A DNA stretch of 64,000 nucleotides from Hamiltosporidium tvaerminnensis FI-OER-3-3 (taxonomy: Eukaryota > Fungi > Microsporidia), in NCBI GenBank assembly GCA_022605425.2, contig CM061246.1, positions 1,302,001 through 1,366,000 on the forward strand, in the 5' to 3' direction. The notes beneath the pieces are model-generated. The model had not been told where the DNA came from. It saw only the letters and a program-made list of their open reading frames with translations, and did not search any database. This document shows, piece after piece, positions 12,818-23,795 of this stretch. The position numbers were made by a program, and so were the translations under genes. Position 1 is the first letter of the stretch; every line of letters begins with the position of its first letter.

Positions 12818-13768
12818 TTATATATTAGAGATTTCCAAAATAGTATCTTTTGTTATGAGTAATATGGCTAATTCGTCTTTTACAAGTATTCCATTCAGTA
12901 AATTATAGCACCTTTTCTTGTTGGAAATGATAGTATAAAGGCATTTTTCGGTAGTAAGAATAATGGTATCCTGAATACTCGCATAACTTTTTATAGGTAA
13001 AGAAATCTTATGAGCCAATTTTTCCTCGTTAAATATATAAAGACGATTATTATCTTTCACAATTCTTTTAGAACCATATCTATAAAAAGATTTTTTTATT
13101 TTTCTTGTATGAAAAATTTGGCTAATATACCGGCTATATGTACGGGTCGGACGTGATTTAACCAAAGAAGCATAGTGATATAATAACCTATTATGGAGGG
13201 AATGAACAGGATTACTAAGCCCACATCTATTTGAGATATTTATCCGTTTAAAAAACGGCAAAATAGATTTATTTTTATTCTTCACTTTTATATCGAAATC
13301 ATGGTTATCCTCAACCTTTATAGGCTCTAGATACATAAATTCCTTTGTTACTTTAAGGAAATCAATAGATGACTCGATTATGCTTCTATCCTCATTAAAT
13401 ATAAGTTCTTTACATGTCAAATCATCAGATATAATTACTAATATATTGTCTTTATGAGTAAAGCCAATATTTCTTTTTTTAAATTTCTTTTTTATAATTC
13501 CTTGGTCATTTAAAGAGTAAATGCTGCATGAAAATCTACAGAAGATTACTAAAACATCCGAAACAAATAGAATTTTGAAGATTTTTTTGTTTACTTTTTC
13601 TGAAATTATATCAACTAATTCACCATTTAAATCATAGATTGAGACCATATTTTCTTTGCATATAGCTAAACGTTTATATTTATAAGAGAAGGCGTATAAG
13701 TTGTTGTGATCTACGCAGATACCATGATTTTCCATGATTGTTTTTGTCCGCATATTTTTTATTTCCAT
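12818..13768 (-). CDS. hypothetical 316-aa protein (beta-strand rich, possible propeller)
   Basis: Long ORF with coding-like composition; no family recognised. Confidence 0.6.
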   Translation of the reverse strand: MEIKNMRTKTIMENHGICVDHNNLYAFSYKYKRLAICKENMVSIYDLNGELVDIISEKVNKKIFKILFVSDVLVIFCRFSCSIYSLNDQGIIKKKFKKRNIGFTHKDNILVIISDDLTCKELIFNEDRSIIESSIDFLKVTKEFMYLEPIKVEDNHDFDIKVKNKNKSILPFFKRINISNRCGLSNPVHSLHNRLLYHYASLVKSRPTRTYSRYISQIFHTRKIKKSFYRYGSKRIVKDNNRLYIFNEEKLAHKISLPIKSYASIQDTIILTTEKCLYTIISNKKRCYNLLNGILVKDELAILLITKDTILEISNI

Positions 13769-14049
13769 ATTAGGTCATGCATCGCACAATATATATTTGA
13801 TTACGAAACAAGTTTCAGAATAATTTTTTTGAACCAGTTTTACAACGAAAGAATTATTAACCAATGAAGGATTCATGATGAAATATTTTAGGTGCCAAAA
13901 TAAAACTGTGGCTATTTAGGATAAAACGCCAATGAAAATAACCCTAATAAAAAATAGAATTTTGATTTTACTTTCAAATTTAGTTCATCTACAATACATC
14001 TAGTATTTTTTATCCCCTAAAATTGATTTTTTTCCAACTTTTTAAAAAT

Positions 14050-14750
14050 TTATTTAATAAAATTCTGGGTTAAAATATTTTTTCCCATTTTAATATGCCT
14101 TCTTCTACCTCTTTGACCCCTAAGCGTTTCGGTTCTGTATCCGAATTTCCTTTATTTTTATTGTCGGTTCTCCTAACGTGGTTACTCCAACTAAAATAAG
14201 GGGGCATTATTTTTTGTTTCAAATGTTTAAAATCATCTTCCTTGTTACTTGCTTGTTTTAAAAGAGGTGTTGGTTCCTCGTACATCTTGGCTCCCTTAAT
14301 AGCACCAATTTACTCTCTTTTCCGGTTCTCTTCGAAATTTGATTCTGAACCAAGTCCTTAAGTTCGATCAAAGAAAATTGTTCCGACTATTTTCTTGAGT
14401 ACTATCGACTGATTTATGCCTCTATTTTAATAGATACCTGTACTCTTTGAAATGTATCGTGTTTTGTTTTGACATAAAACCGTCCTAGGCTATCACATAA
14501 GGAATTATCTCTACACATCATTTATAAATAAAACTATACTTATTTTCTAATAGGTCATACTTCCTAAGCTTCTCTGTTTCAACCATTTGAAGTGAATTTG
14601 TAATGTAATTCCAAATTCAATGAGTGTTATATTCTGTTTAATCTTTCTAAAATAAATAAGTTGGTCCACTATTCGCTATCTTGAAATCAGGTTTTATTTT
14701 GATGCCCACTCTTATCTCCGAATGCTCTATTTTGAGAATTTCTTGAATTC
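14050..14750 (-). mobile_element. degenerate 5'-truncated copy of the R4-type non-LTR element
   Basis: Carries the element terminus (rc TTAACCCAGAATTTTATTAAATAAA) and EKLRKYDLL / QEIL / IRV-type remnants. Confidence 0.85.
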
Positions 14751-15322
14751 ACAGCTAATATAACAATCGATTGTATTTAAATATTAAAAAGTGCGATAAA
14801 AATTCTGATAATTATACAGTATGGATTCTATTTTGAATTTTCCTATTAAATTTTAAAATTTTAAACTTTAATCAGATGGCTGATATGTGGATAGTTTAGG
14901 TATTATTTCGAAGAAGGGTTAAATATAGGCATATAATTTGTTATAAATTACTTTTATTGGATATTACTAGTAAATTCTAAAAAATTACTGTTCATCAAAA
15001 GTTGTATATTGGCAAAAGTTATAATCCTCATAATTAAATTTGATAAATGTAAAGTTTGAAAAAATTAATGTGCAAAAAAACGAAATTATACTCTAAATTT
15101 TTCCGAAAAAATACTCAGCATAATTTTAAATACCTTTTAAACACGATATGAACATAAACAAGAGGCAAAAATTAGCAAATATTTTGATTTTTACTACTAA
15201 AATTGAAACTACGTTCTTATTTGAAGATATAACTCTAGAAAAACAGAATAAAGAATAGATACTGCGATAAAAGTTAGGCATATAAATATAAAAAAGTAAC
15301 TAAAAATATACTAACACTAAAA

Positions 15323-16070
15323 CAAGTGTTTCAAACTTTTTTGCTCAGGGGCCTCACTTGAATTCTAAAAAAAAGTTCCGCGAGCTAAGAACTTATTACT
15401 TTTTAGACCACATACCAAAAAATATTTCTGCTATTTAGATCATTTATATTTTTAAAACAAATTTATAAGTTTTCATATACATGTTTATAGAAATAAACGT
15501 GTATATTAACGATATTTCTATATAAAAATACACAAATAAATTACTGAAATTTTATAAGAGTTTTCCAGCCATGTAATTCGATTACGTTCATAAATTTGCT
15601 CGAGGTTTATTATTTCCTTTTTCGCCTCTATCTATTTATGTGAAGAAAAATTCACTAAAATGAAATATACAAAAAACTTTTACAGATTCAAATTAACAAA
15701 TAAGCACTTTAGTTCGTTTCTGGTAATTTCTCCTAGTAAACTTAACCTACAATTTTAACTAACAAACACTAAAAATCTCAACTATATCAATCTCATTAAA
15801 AATAAAATATGCCATTATTTATTGTTATTTCATTTTAATCTTTTTTGTACAAAATAATTAAAAAATAATGGAAACTCCATGAATCTTCTTTGTATTACAA
15901 AATCATGCCTGATGTATCTATAATTGCAATTCCTTTCGTATGATTTATCTTATTTTTGTTTTATTTCCGTTTTAAAAAAAAACTACTTATAAAAAAAATC
16001 GTAGCAAGCCAGAAAAATGTAGCTGCGGGCCGTTTGAAAAGGGTCCGCGGTCCATGTACTGAGATCCCTG
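15323..16070 (+). mobile_element. non-autonomous hAT (Buster/Charlie-like) deletion derivative
   Basis: Ends CAAGTGTTTCAAACTTTT and GCGGGCCG...TGAGATCCCTG. Internal remnant from 15621 reads FASIYLCEEKFTKMKYTKNFYRFKLTNKHF...QSH*, the hAT C-terminal dimerisation-domain pattern (F.STYLCE..FS.MK..K...R.RL...H). Confidence 0.8.
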
Positions 16071-16087
16071 CTCAAAAGGCACAAAAA

Positions 16088-18230
16088 ATAAATTTGCAAT
16101 TTTTTACTGCTTAATTAGATATATTTAAAAAATAATTTTTAACAAAATAACATTTAAATTTAAATAGAGAATTAGTTTATTCTACATATTTTGCTCATCT
16201 CATTTGTGAATAGATATTTTATCGTATTCTGTAACACCAAAAAGCTAGATAGAGACCTAAATAATGTCAAACAAAAATAATTATGGTATTTGTTTCCTTT
16301 CTTAGGAGGTTGAATTGCATTTAATGAATCATATAAATTTATGATAAAAATACCTAAATCTCGCTTACACATAATATTAGTTACAAAGTTTACTAATATT
16401 GGTAGAAATAATTTGTTTTCGTCTATTTTTTTGTCTTTTTCATGAATAAACAATTTACCGTTGAAGAAATTTAATCTAATATTTTCAAAAGTGTATTCTG
16501 GTTTCTGTATAAATTCAATAATTGGAGATAAAACTGAAAATAATCCAAAACCAAAAATTAAAATAAATTTCATTATAAATGAATAATTTAAACGATTTGC
16601 ATCTTTATATATCAAAGCCTTCGTATATATATTTAAGGATTCTTTCATTTTAAACATTGTAAACATATTTTTTGTTATGTGATAACATAGTATACTTGAA
16701 CAGACAATTAAAAACATTTTTTCTAAATTATTATTATCTTTTATATATTTCTTACCATTTTTTTCACAAGATTTTCTATATATTTTATAACCAGAATGTA
16801 ACAAAAACATAAATTTAAAAATATTCAAAAGTCTGTTATGAGTGCTTCTAACTAAAAGTATAAATATAATAGGTAACAACAAATCTTGAAATTCTGAAAG
16901 TCTCATAGATAAAGACTTAAATTTATTACATAGATTATTCTTATATTTTGAATTATTCTTAGAATCTATAACTTCAATGAATCTTTTCATAAAATGATAA
17001 TAAAAATATCTTAAATAATCAGAATAAATTAAATATTAATTTAATAATTAATATATTTGATTAAACTTACATGAAATACAAATTTATTTACTATAAAAAG
17101 CCTATTAATATATTTTTAATTTATATTTTTAATACTTTTTTGTCCAAAGAACTTTTAAAAATGAATAGTTGTGCTATTCCTGAATATTTTCCAAAATATT
17201 TTTTGAATTCTTCTTGTATTAAAGAATAATTTTTATCATTAAGATTTTTGAATTTGAATTCGAACGTTTTAACTGACCATTTATAAATATGAATATCAAT
17301 AGGACAAATGTCTAAAAAATTAAATCCCATTAGACAAATACAATCCGCCACTTTCTTTCCTATTCCTGGTATTTTAATTAGATTATTTCTTACTTCTGAC
17401 TTTAAATTTTTACGTATATTGACTTCTTCTGTAATTTCAAAATCTTTACTTTCAAAGATATTTTCTACCTTCAAAAATATTTTACTTTCAAAAACAGTTT
17501 CAATTTTATAAAAATCATTTTCTAATAAATATTTTGCGCAATCTATTATATATTTTGATCGATAACCAAATTTGTTTACATTTAATTCTTCTATGTTAAT
17601 AGAATATAAACTTTGAAGTGAAGGAAATGTATAAAATTTAAAACCTTCCATTTCTGTTATAAATTCGCCTTTAGAATATAGAAAGTCAACCATTTTTTCA
17701 ATTCTTTTGATATTATTATTACTGGAACAAATAAAAGAAAAAATAGTCTGTAAAATATCCAAATTCAATAATCTCAATCCTTTTTCTGCCAAACAATAAT
17801 CAAACATTTTTTTATCTAAATAAATATCAAATCCAGAACATTTCTCATCTGCTCTGATATTTTCTTTCTCTTCATATTTTATTTCATTAGGTTGTAAATA
17901 ATCTGTAATTTGATAATTTGGAGGTAAATTACTGTATTTTCCATCATTTTGCTTTCAAAAGTTTTCACATTCACAATCAATTAAATTATAGTTTTTCCAA
18001 CGAAAACATAGTAAGCGATAATCAATTTTAAGTATGAAAAACTTGTTTAAAATATTTTCATAGATTTCCAATGGTTTATTAAAATTAAAAACGTTAAAAT
18101 AAATCGTTTTATTTAATTCTTTCAAAAAAAACAGATCATCGCTAATTACTCCTGCAAATAAATCCTTTTTGGTTTCTTTGAAGTTAAAACATTGACCGCT
18201 AAACAAAGTGAGTCGTAAATTTATGTATTG
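16088..18230 (-). repeat. right arm of inverted segmental duplication
   Basis: Reverse complement of 1-2140. Confidence 0.95.
16172..16990 (-). CDS. hypothetical 272-aa protein (copy 2)
   Basis: Near-identical to 1238-2056. Confidence 0.7.
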   Translation of the reverse strand: MKRFIEVIDSKNNSKYKNNLCNKFKSLSMRLSEFQDLLLPIIFILLVRSTHNRLLNIFKFMFLLHSGYKIYRKSCEKNGKKYIKDNNNLEKMFLIVCSSILCYHITKNMFTMFKMKESLNIYTKALIYKDANRLNYSFIMKFILIFGFGLFSVLSPIIEFIQKPEYTFENIRLNFFNGKLFIHEKDKKIDENKLFLPILVNFVTNIMCKRDLGIFIINLYDSLNAIQPPKKGNKYHNYFCLTLFRSLSSFLVLQNTIKYLFTNEMSKICRIN

Positions 18231-18257
18231 ATTTGTTTTAAGTTCATACCATTGCAT
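17121..18257 (-). pseudogene. OGG1: second OGG1 copy with an in-frame TGA
   Basis: ORFs 17955-18275 and 17121-17807 are in the same frame. TTA (Leu) of copy 1 is TGA at 17955-17957, and the last codons are also altered by an indel. Confidence 0.85.
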
Positions 18258-18419
18258 TCTTAGAGGGTACTTCATGTTGAATTCAAAATTATTTTCTAAG
18301 ATTTTTTAAAAATTATAATTTAAAATGAAGATAGTCTCTCCGTACAAAGATAAATCCACGGTTTTTTCAAAATTATAGTTTTAAATCTTTTTTTGATTTA
18401 AATATTGTATTTGAATATC

Positions 18420-18525
18420 TAAATAAAGAGTCGGATTTAGAAGAAGAAACAACCGTGGTAAAAGAGGTGGAAGAAAATATATAAAAATGGCAAAATATCT
18501 TAACCCAGAATTTTATTAAATAAAT
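18420..18525 (+). mobile_element. 3'-terminal fragment of the R4-type element
   Basis: AAGAGTCGGATTTAGAAGAAG...TTAACCCAGAATTTTATTAAATAAA matches 56580-56682. Confidence 0.85.
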
Positions 18526-18845
18526 GAACATCTAAAAGTAAAGAATATGAAGAAATAAATTATTTTATAAAATTTTAGAAGAAATTTGTTACTTTATATA
18601 AATTTTAGTGCATCATAGTTTTATAATTATAAAACAAAGTTTGTTCAAAGGAATAAAATTTGGTTCGATTTTAATTTTTTAATTCATAAATTAATTAGAG
18701 CATTAATTTTATTTGTAACAATTATGTATAAAAAATGGGAAAAATTAGATAGTACTGAGTAAAAAATACATTGACTCGTATCGTCAGAAAAATTCATTGA
18801 ATAAAGATCTCATTAAATAAAAATCCATAATTTATGCTACTTAAA

Positions 18846-19073
18846 TGCCGGGAGCAGAAATGGTTTGGAATATTCTCTGCTTGTCATAAGAGGCGACTAA
18901 AAAGGACGATCCTCCATGTTGGGGTCGGTCGTAGGACTAACAACCCACCCTTTAAAACCACCTGTTACGAAACCCAATAAGTAAACAAACCCACTGGAAA
19001 AAGACCGGTGGGCGGTATTACTAAGGAAGGCCAAGGCTCGAACAGGGCTGTAGCGGCAAAGAAGAATGAATTA
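18846..19073 (+). mobile_element. short bipartite RTE-like non-autonomous retroelement (SINE-like)
   Basis: GC-rich island with RTE-5'UTR-like motifs (CTGCTTGTCATAAGAGGCGACTAA; CCTCCATGTTGGGG...CTAACAACCCACCC...TGTTACGAAAC) and an RTE-like 3' end (AGGCCAAGGCTC...GGGCTGTAGCGGCAAAGAAGAA). Flanked by the direct repeat TACTTAAA (18838-45, 19074-81). Family assignment is from recalled motifs. Confidence 0.55.
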
Positions 19074-19162
19074 TACTTAAACGACAATAAAATAAGAATT
19101 AAAGTTAATTAGATCATTAAGATATCGTGTTATATCGGTATAAGAATTTTAAATTTATTTAA

Positions 19163-19870
19163 AAAATATCCCATCCTTTTAAAAATTTCGCAAGTGTTAT
19201 ATTATTTTTATGAAATTAACGCAGTTTTAGGTTTAACATAAATAACTCCTCTTCAAACCTCCATCAGTACCGCTTATGATACCTAAATTCCAAAGACTTT
19301 TATCAAAAAGATGTATAGAACTCAATTAAAAGAGTATTCGGTTGACAGTTGTTCGTAAATGTCCGTTACATTGAGTCTGATCGTTGGTATAACCCCTTCC
19401 TGAGCTTTCCTAAGACTATGCAGCATTCCCACTTACTTTACCCTCACCGAACCTAATAAACTTCTAGCCAAGATATATCTCGGCGAATAATATAAAATTC
19501 ACCAAAACAAACCCTACCAACCAGATAAACAAGATACTATGCCTTCTCGGAATAAAAGAAGTTTATTTTTTTATCTACTAGTCGCTATTTCTGCTAACCC
19601 GAGTGAGAAAATCTAGGTTTCAAAGCTTTTACATGGCGATTACCTACATCTTCGGTTGAAATTTGCAATCTGGTTACATAAAGAACTACAAAAAATATTT
19701 GTCAAAAAAGTTTCGCAATTTTGTAGACCTTCTCCTCCTTAAACACGCCCAATGGAACAAAAAAATAAATGTGTTTTATTTCCACCAAAAATTCAAACAA
19801 TTATCTTCACACCAGTTTCACACACTCATTACGAAGCAGAAAGTTTTTTTGGTGTTTATCCTCTCTCCAC
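19163..19870 (-). repeat. dispersed element family A, copy 3
   Basis: Reverse complement contains AATGAGTGTGTGAAACTGG, GTAATCGCCATGTAAAAGC, CTCACTCGGGTTAG, TATGTTAAACCTAAAACTGCGTTAAT and the AAAAGGATGGGATATT end. Confidence 0.9.
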
Positions 19871-19944
19871 CAATATAAATTCAAATATAATAAAAATATT
19901 TTATGGATTTAAATTGAATTTTTAAAACCCAACTTGTAGCTATA

Positions 19945-21669
19945 ATGATTCAAGCAAAAGTAACGGTTCAAAAGATTTTTAATAATGAAATACAAGCGAT
20001 TTGGAATGATTGTACTCTGGAATTTAATAAAAATGAGTTAGTCTTTAAATTTCTTGAATCTGGTAAAATTATTGGATTTATTGTTTCGTTTATAAAGATA
20101 AAATATTGCAATGATGTAATTTTGATTCAAAATAATAAAGAATTATACAAAATTTATTTTGATGATTCTAATGATTATAAAGATTTTATTGCCAACTCTT
20201 ACTTGAATTTTGATTTATCTTTAGATTCTAACGAAAACCAAGAAAACTTAGAAATTAAAAATTCATCAATAGAAAAAGTTACTGACGATATTACAAAATC
20301 AGATTATGAAATTAGTATGATAGATAAAATAAATGATGATTCAATGATGGCGAATCTAGAATTAAAAGATATTTCAGTTGATGAATTATTAAATTTAGAT
20401 ATTGCTTCGCTTGATTTCACGACCAAAACGCAAATAGCTAAGGCGATATTTGATAGTAAAAATTTTGAAGTATTTTTATATGCAAGAATATCGATAATTC
20501 AAATGTTAAATTTATCTGATCGAAGGTTGTTTTATAAGATATTCGAAAATTCAAAAAAAATCATAGAACACTTTGAAGAATATATGGAAAAAGAAATTGA
20601 TAAAAATAGTTCTGATTTTCCATTAATTTTTTTCGAGAATGTTCTTCAAAAATTTATGCCTACGAGTAGTTTTTTAGAATTGAAAAATATTTTATTGAAA
20701 AAAAATCTAATTTATGATGAGAATATAAAATATTCTCTATTGAAAGATCAATTAGATTCATTTCAGAATATAAATGATTTTCTTGATAATTTATATCAAA
20801 ATTGTAAATTAGATGAAACCATTCTAAATATAATTTTTGAAAATATTTTATCAAATAATAATGAATTTTTTATTGTTTTAAATAAGGTAATAGATATATC
20901 ATATGAGAGTGCTCTTGTTTTTTTCTTGATTGAATCAAATATGGAATTTCTTTGTAAAAAAATTAAATCTAGTTTAATGAATAAAGATGATTATTATAGT
21001 ATAGAATGGATAATTGTATGTCTGGAGAATCTTTTACACGAAAAATGTAATACCTTGCTTTTAGATATATTTTATAGTAAATTCATTATAATTTTATTCT
21101 CAGATGATTTCTTAATATATGTAAAATCCGAAGATTCACATATTTTTTTTAAATTATTCACTTCACTTTTATCAATTCATTCATTCAGATTCAGAGATTT
21201 TATCATATACAATGATTTTCTTAAATTCATATTCACAGAATATCAAAGTAGAATATATTCTAAACATCATGATACAATTTTTTCAACAAAAAATCAAGCT
21301 ACAGAATGTTTTAACTCAGAAAATAATTTTAATTTTGTCAAATCTGTGAATGGAATCAATATAACAACATTATATTCGGAAGATTTTAACAAAGAAATAT
21401 TTTTTAGAACAAATTTACTTAATTATGAAATATTTTGTATAAAGATCTTTGAAATTGCATCACAAAATAATACGATACTTTCTTCATATTTTTTCAAGAA
21501 CAATCTTTTTATAAGAATATTAGAAATATTCAGTAGAAATTATACAAAACGAAACTCTTTATATTCATATATTTCTGATATATTCATTAATTCAGATAAG
21601 AAATTTCTTGAAAAACTTACAAATTTATATTACAACGAAGTAAATAGAATATTAAATTTGCTAAATTAG
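19945..21669 (+). CDS. protein phosphatase 4 regulatory subunit 3-like (SMEK/Psy2)
   Basis: N-terminal EVH1-like segment. LLSIHSFRFRDFII resembles CVEHHTYHIKNYI, and YFFKNNLFIRILEIFSRNYTKRNSLYSYISDIF resembles [33 protein letters not shown]. CCC motif upstream. Confidence 0.7.
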   Translation: MIQAKVTVQKIFNNEIQAIWNDCTLEFNKNELVFKFLESGKIIGFIVSFIKIKYCNDVILIQNNKELYKIYFDDSNDYKDFIANSYLNFDLSLDSNENQENLEIKNSSIEKVTDDITKSDYEISMIDKINDDSMMANLELKDISVDELLNLDIASLDFTTKTQIAKAIFDSKNFEVFLYARISIIQMLNLSDRRLFYKIFENSKKIIEHFEEYMEKEIDKNSSDFPLIFFENVLQKFMPTSSFLELKNILLKKNLIYDENIKYSLLKDQLDSFQNINDFLDNLYQNCKLDETILNIIFENILSNNNEFFIVLNKVIDISYESALVFFLIESNMEFLCKKIKSSLMNKDDYYSIEWIIVCLENLLHEKCNTLLLDIFYSKFIIILFSDDFLIYVKSEDSHIFFKLFTSLLSIHSFRFRDFIIYNDFLKFIFTEYQSRIYSKHHDTIFSTKNQATECFNSENNFNFVKSVNGINITTLYSEDFNKEIFFRTNLLNYEIFCIKIFEIASQNNTILSSYFFKNNLFIRILEIFSRNYTKRNSLYSYISDIFINSDKKFLEKLTNLYYNEVNRILNLLN

Positions 21670-22763
21670 ATACAGCAAAGAAATAGGATTATAATTTCTA
21701 AATTTTATTATATCCATACTTTATAAACAATTTAGGAGTAATTAAACCTTTTCGAGTTAACTCTTGGTAAAATATAAAATTTCTACTTGGTTTAATTTTT
21801 TGCATTTAAAACACTCTCAAAGTAATAAAATTCAATCTCTCAATCTAAGAAAATGAATATTCTTTACATATCAAAATTTGGATTTTTTAAGCTTTTATAA
21901 TCCTAATTTTTGACTGATTAATACTATTGATTGATCAAATATAATTATTCTTCATCATAATATTTTAAAACAAAGATTTTTTAAATTAAATTCTTCATTA
22001 TTATTTAAAAAGCTGAATATAGTGTATATTTTACATTCTAAATTCAATTCATTTTTTTTTAATATCAAACCTAAATCAAGTATTTTTGTATTTATAGGAA
22101 TGAATATCATGAATACGCTTTTTCACTCAAATAACTACCACCTATGTATTTTCTTAAATTCATATTTTTATTGTTTATAATAAATTTATTTTTAAGTTTT
22201 TTTTGAAATATCAAATTTGTAATAATTAAAGTTTTTCTCGAGATTTCAATAGTTTTTCTAAATTCGAGAATTAAATAAAAATTACAAATTTAATTTTATA
22301 TTTGTAATCGAAAAACATATTTCTCTTAGAAAAAAGGCCTTGTATAATAGCATTGTAATCGACAGCATTTTATTGAATTTACATCTGTGCATCGTCAAAG
22401 ACTCTTATTAAATTATTAAGGCAGATACGACTTTATTATTTAGTTTATATTTTTGTTTAATAATGTATCAGTAAATCATATCATCAATTACTTAATTTTT
22501 CTTCTAAGTTTATGTTTTGTGTTTTTTCTTATAAATCCTTGATTTTATTTTGAAATTTAAAGATGTTTTTTAAACTGATAAATTAATTAATTTATTTAAT
22601 ATTAAAAAACTCGGAATCTGAAATATTTATTTCATAGCCTCGTTCTTTTTATATGTAAAAAGGAATCTAGTTTTTACAATTAAAATATTTGAATGTTAAA
22701 CAAATTAATTATTTTATCAGTTTAAAATACAATTGAAAGTTTAAAACAGATAATGAGTTATAC

Positions 22764-22990
22764 TTGTTTAAGAAATTTGTGAAAAAGAATATGGAGGTAA
22801 GAGTAAACACCAGACTAAAAACCAACATTCAAATTCGGAATAATAGACTTGAAATGTTGATTTTTAATAAAAAAAAATCAAATGAGATTGAACGAATCGA
22901 GGTGAGAATTACTTCTCGAAAGACAACTCTATTTAAGGAATGGCATAGGTTTTGGGAGAAATTTTTGTCTGAGTAGAGGAAGATATCTAC
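22764..22990 (+). mobile_element. decayed endonuclease fragment of an R4-type element
   Basis: EVRVNTRLKTNIQIRNNR...IEVRITS resembles EIRVDTRIKTDVKIRCNR...IEVGITS. Confidence 0.7.
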
Positions 22991-23044
22991 AAATTTGATG
23001 TGAAAACAATCTTATGTGTTGTGAAATAGAATGTTATTGACACT

Positions 23045-23270
23045 GAATACTTACTTACTCCCATTTGTTCTTTTTCTATCTCTCAGTATCGAGGATGAAC
23101 CAATTAATGTTTTCCATTTTTTTTTTAATCTGTTGTAACTCAGAGTTATTGGGAATCTGCCTATAGATTCAGGGTGGTTCATATCCCACCAAAATGACGG
23201 CAATGATTATCACACGAATTGTATACATTTATTACCAACCAAATGGTTTTTAATGTGGTTATTCTCTATT
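23045..23270 (-). repeat. family A-related element, partial 5' part
   Basis: Reverse complement AATAACCACATTAAAAAC...TAATCATTGCCGTCATTTTGGTGGGATA aligns with 39548-39760 and with the 5' end of family A. Confidence 0.65.
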
Positions 23271-23795
23271 TTTCTGTAAATAAATGCCATAAGGTGTAAA
23301 ATATGAAGCAGCAAATTTAAGTAAGAATATATGGCATATATTCAGTAGATATCTATAAAAAAAATGTTGAAATATTTTATTGGATACTTAGAAAATCAGA
23401 ATCAAGATTTAAAGTAAATTAGCAAGAGAAAGTGTACCTTGTATTTAATAAAGAGAGTAAAAATCTATGAAGGTTCCATACTTCTTTAAGAATAAACGCG
23501 AATGAAAAAGGGAATTAAACGAACAAATATCAATACTGATAGGTCTAAGGTGTGAATAAAATGACCAAAATCAAAGTATTGGATCAAAATATATAAAAAA
23601 AATTAATATAAATAAGTCATAAAAAAACGTGAAAAGAGGTAAGAAAACGTAACAAATAAAATAGGAAATCTATAATTAAGTTAATTTTTCTAAATAAAAA
23701 TTTAGAGATAAAAATTTAGAGATAAATTAGAATTCGAGTTTAATCAATGAAAATGTAACCACCAAATGCTTTTAAATCAAAATAAATAATTCTTC

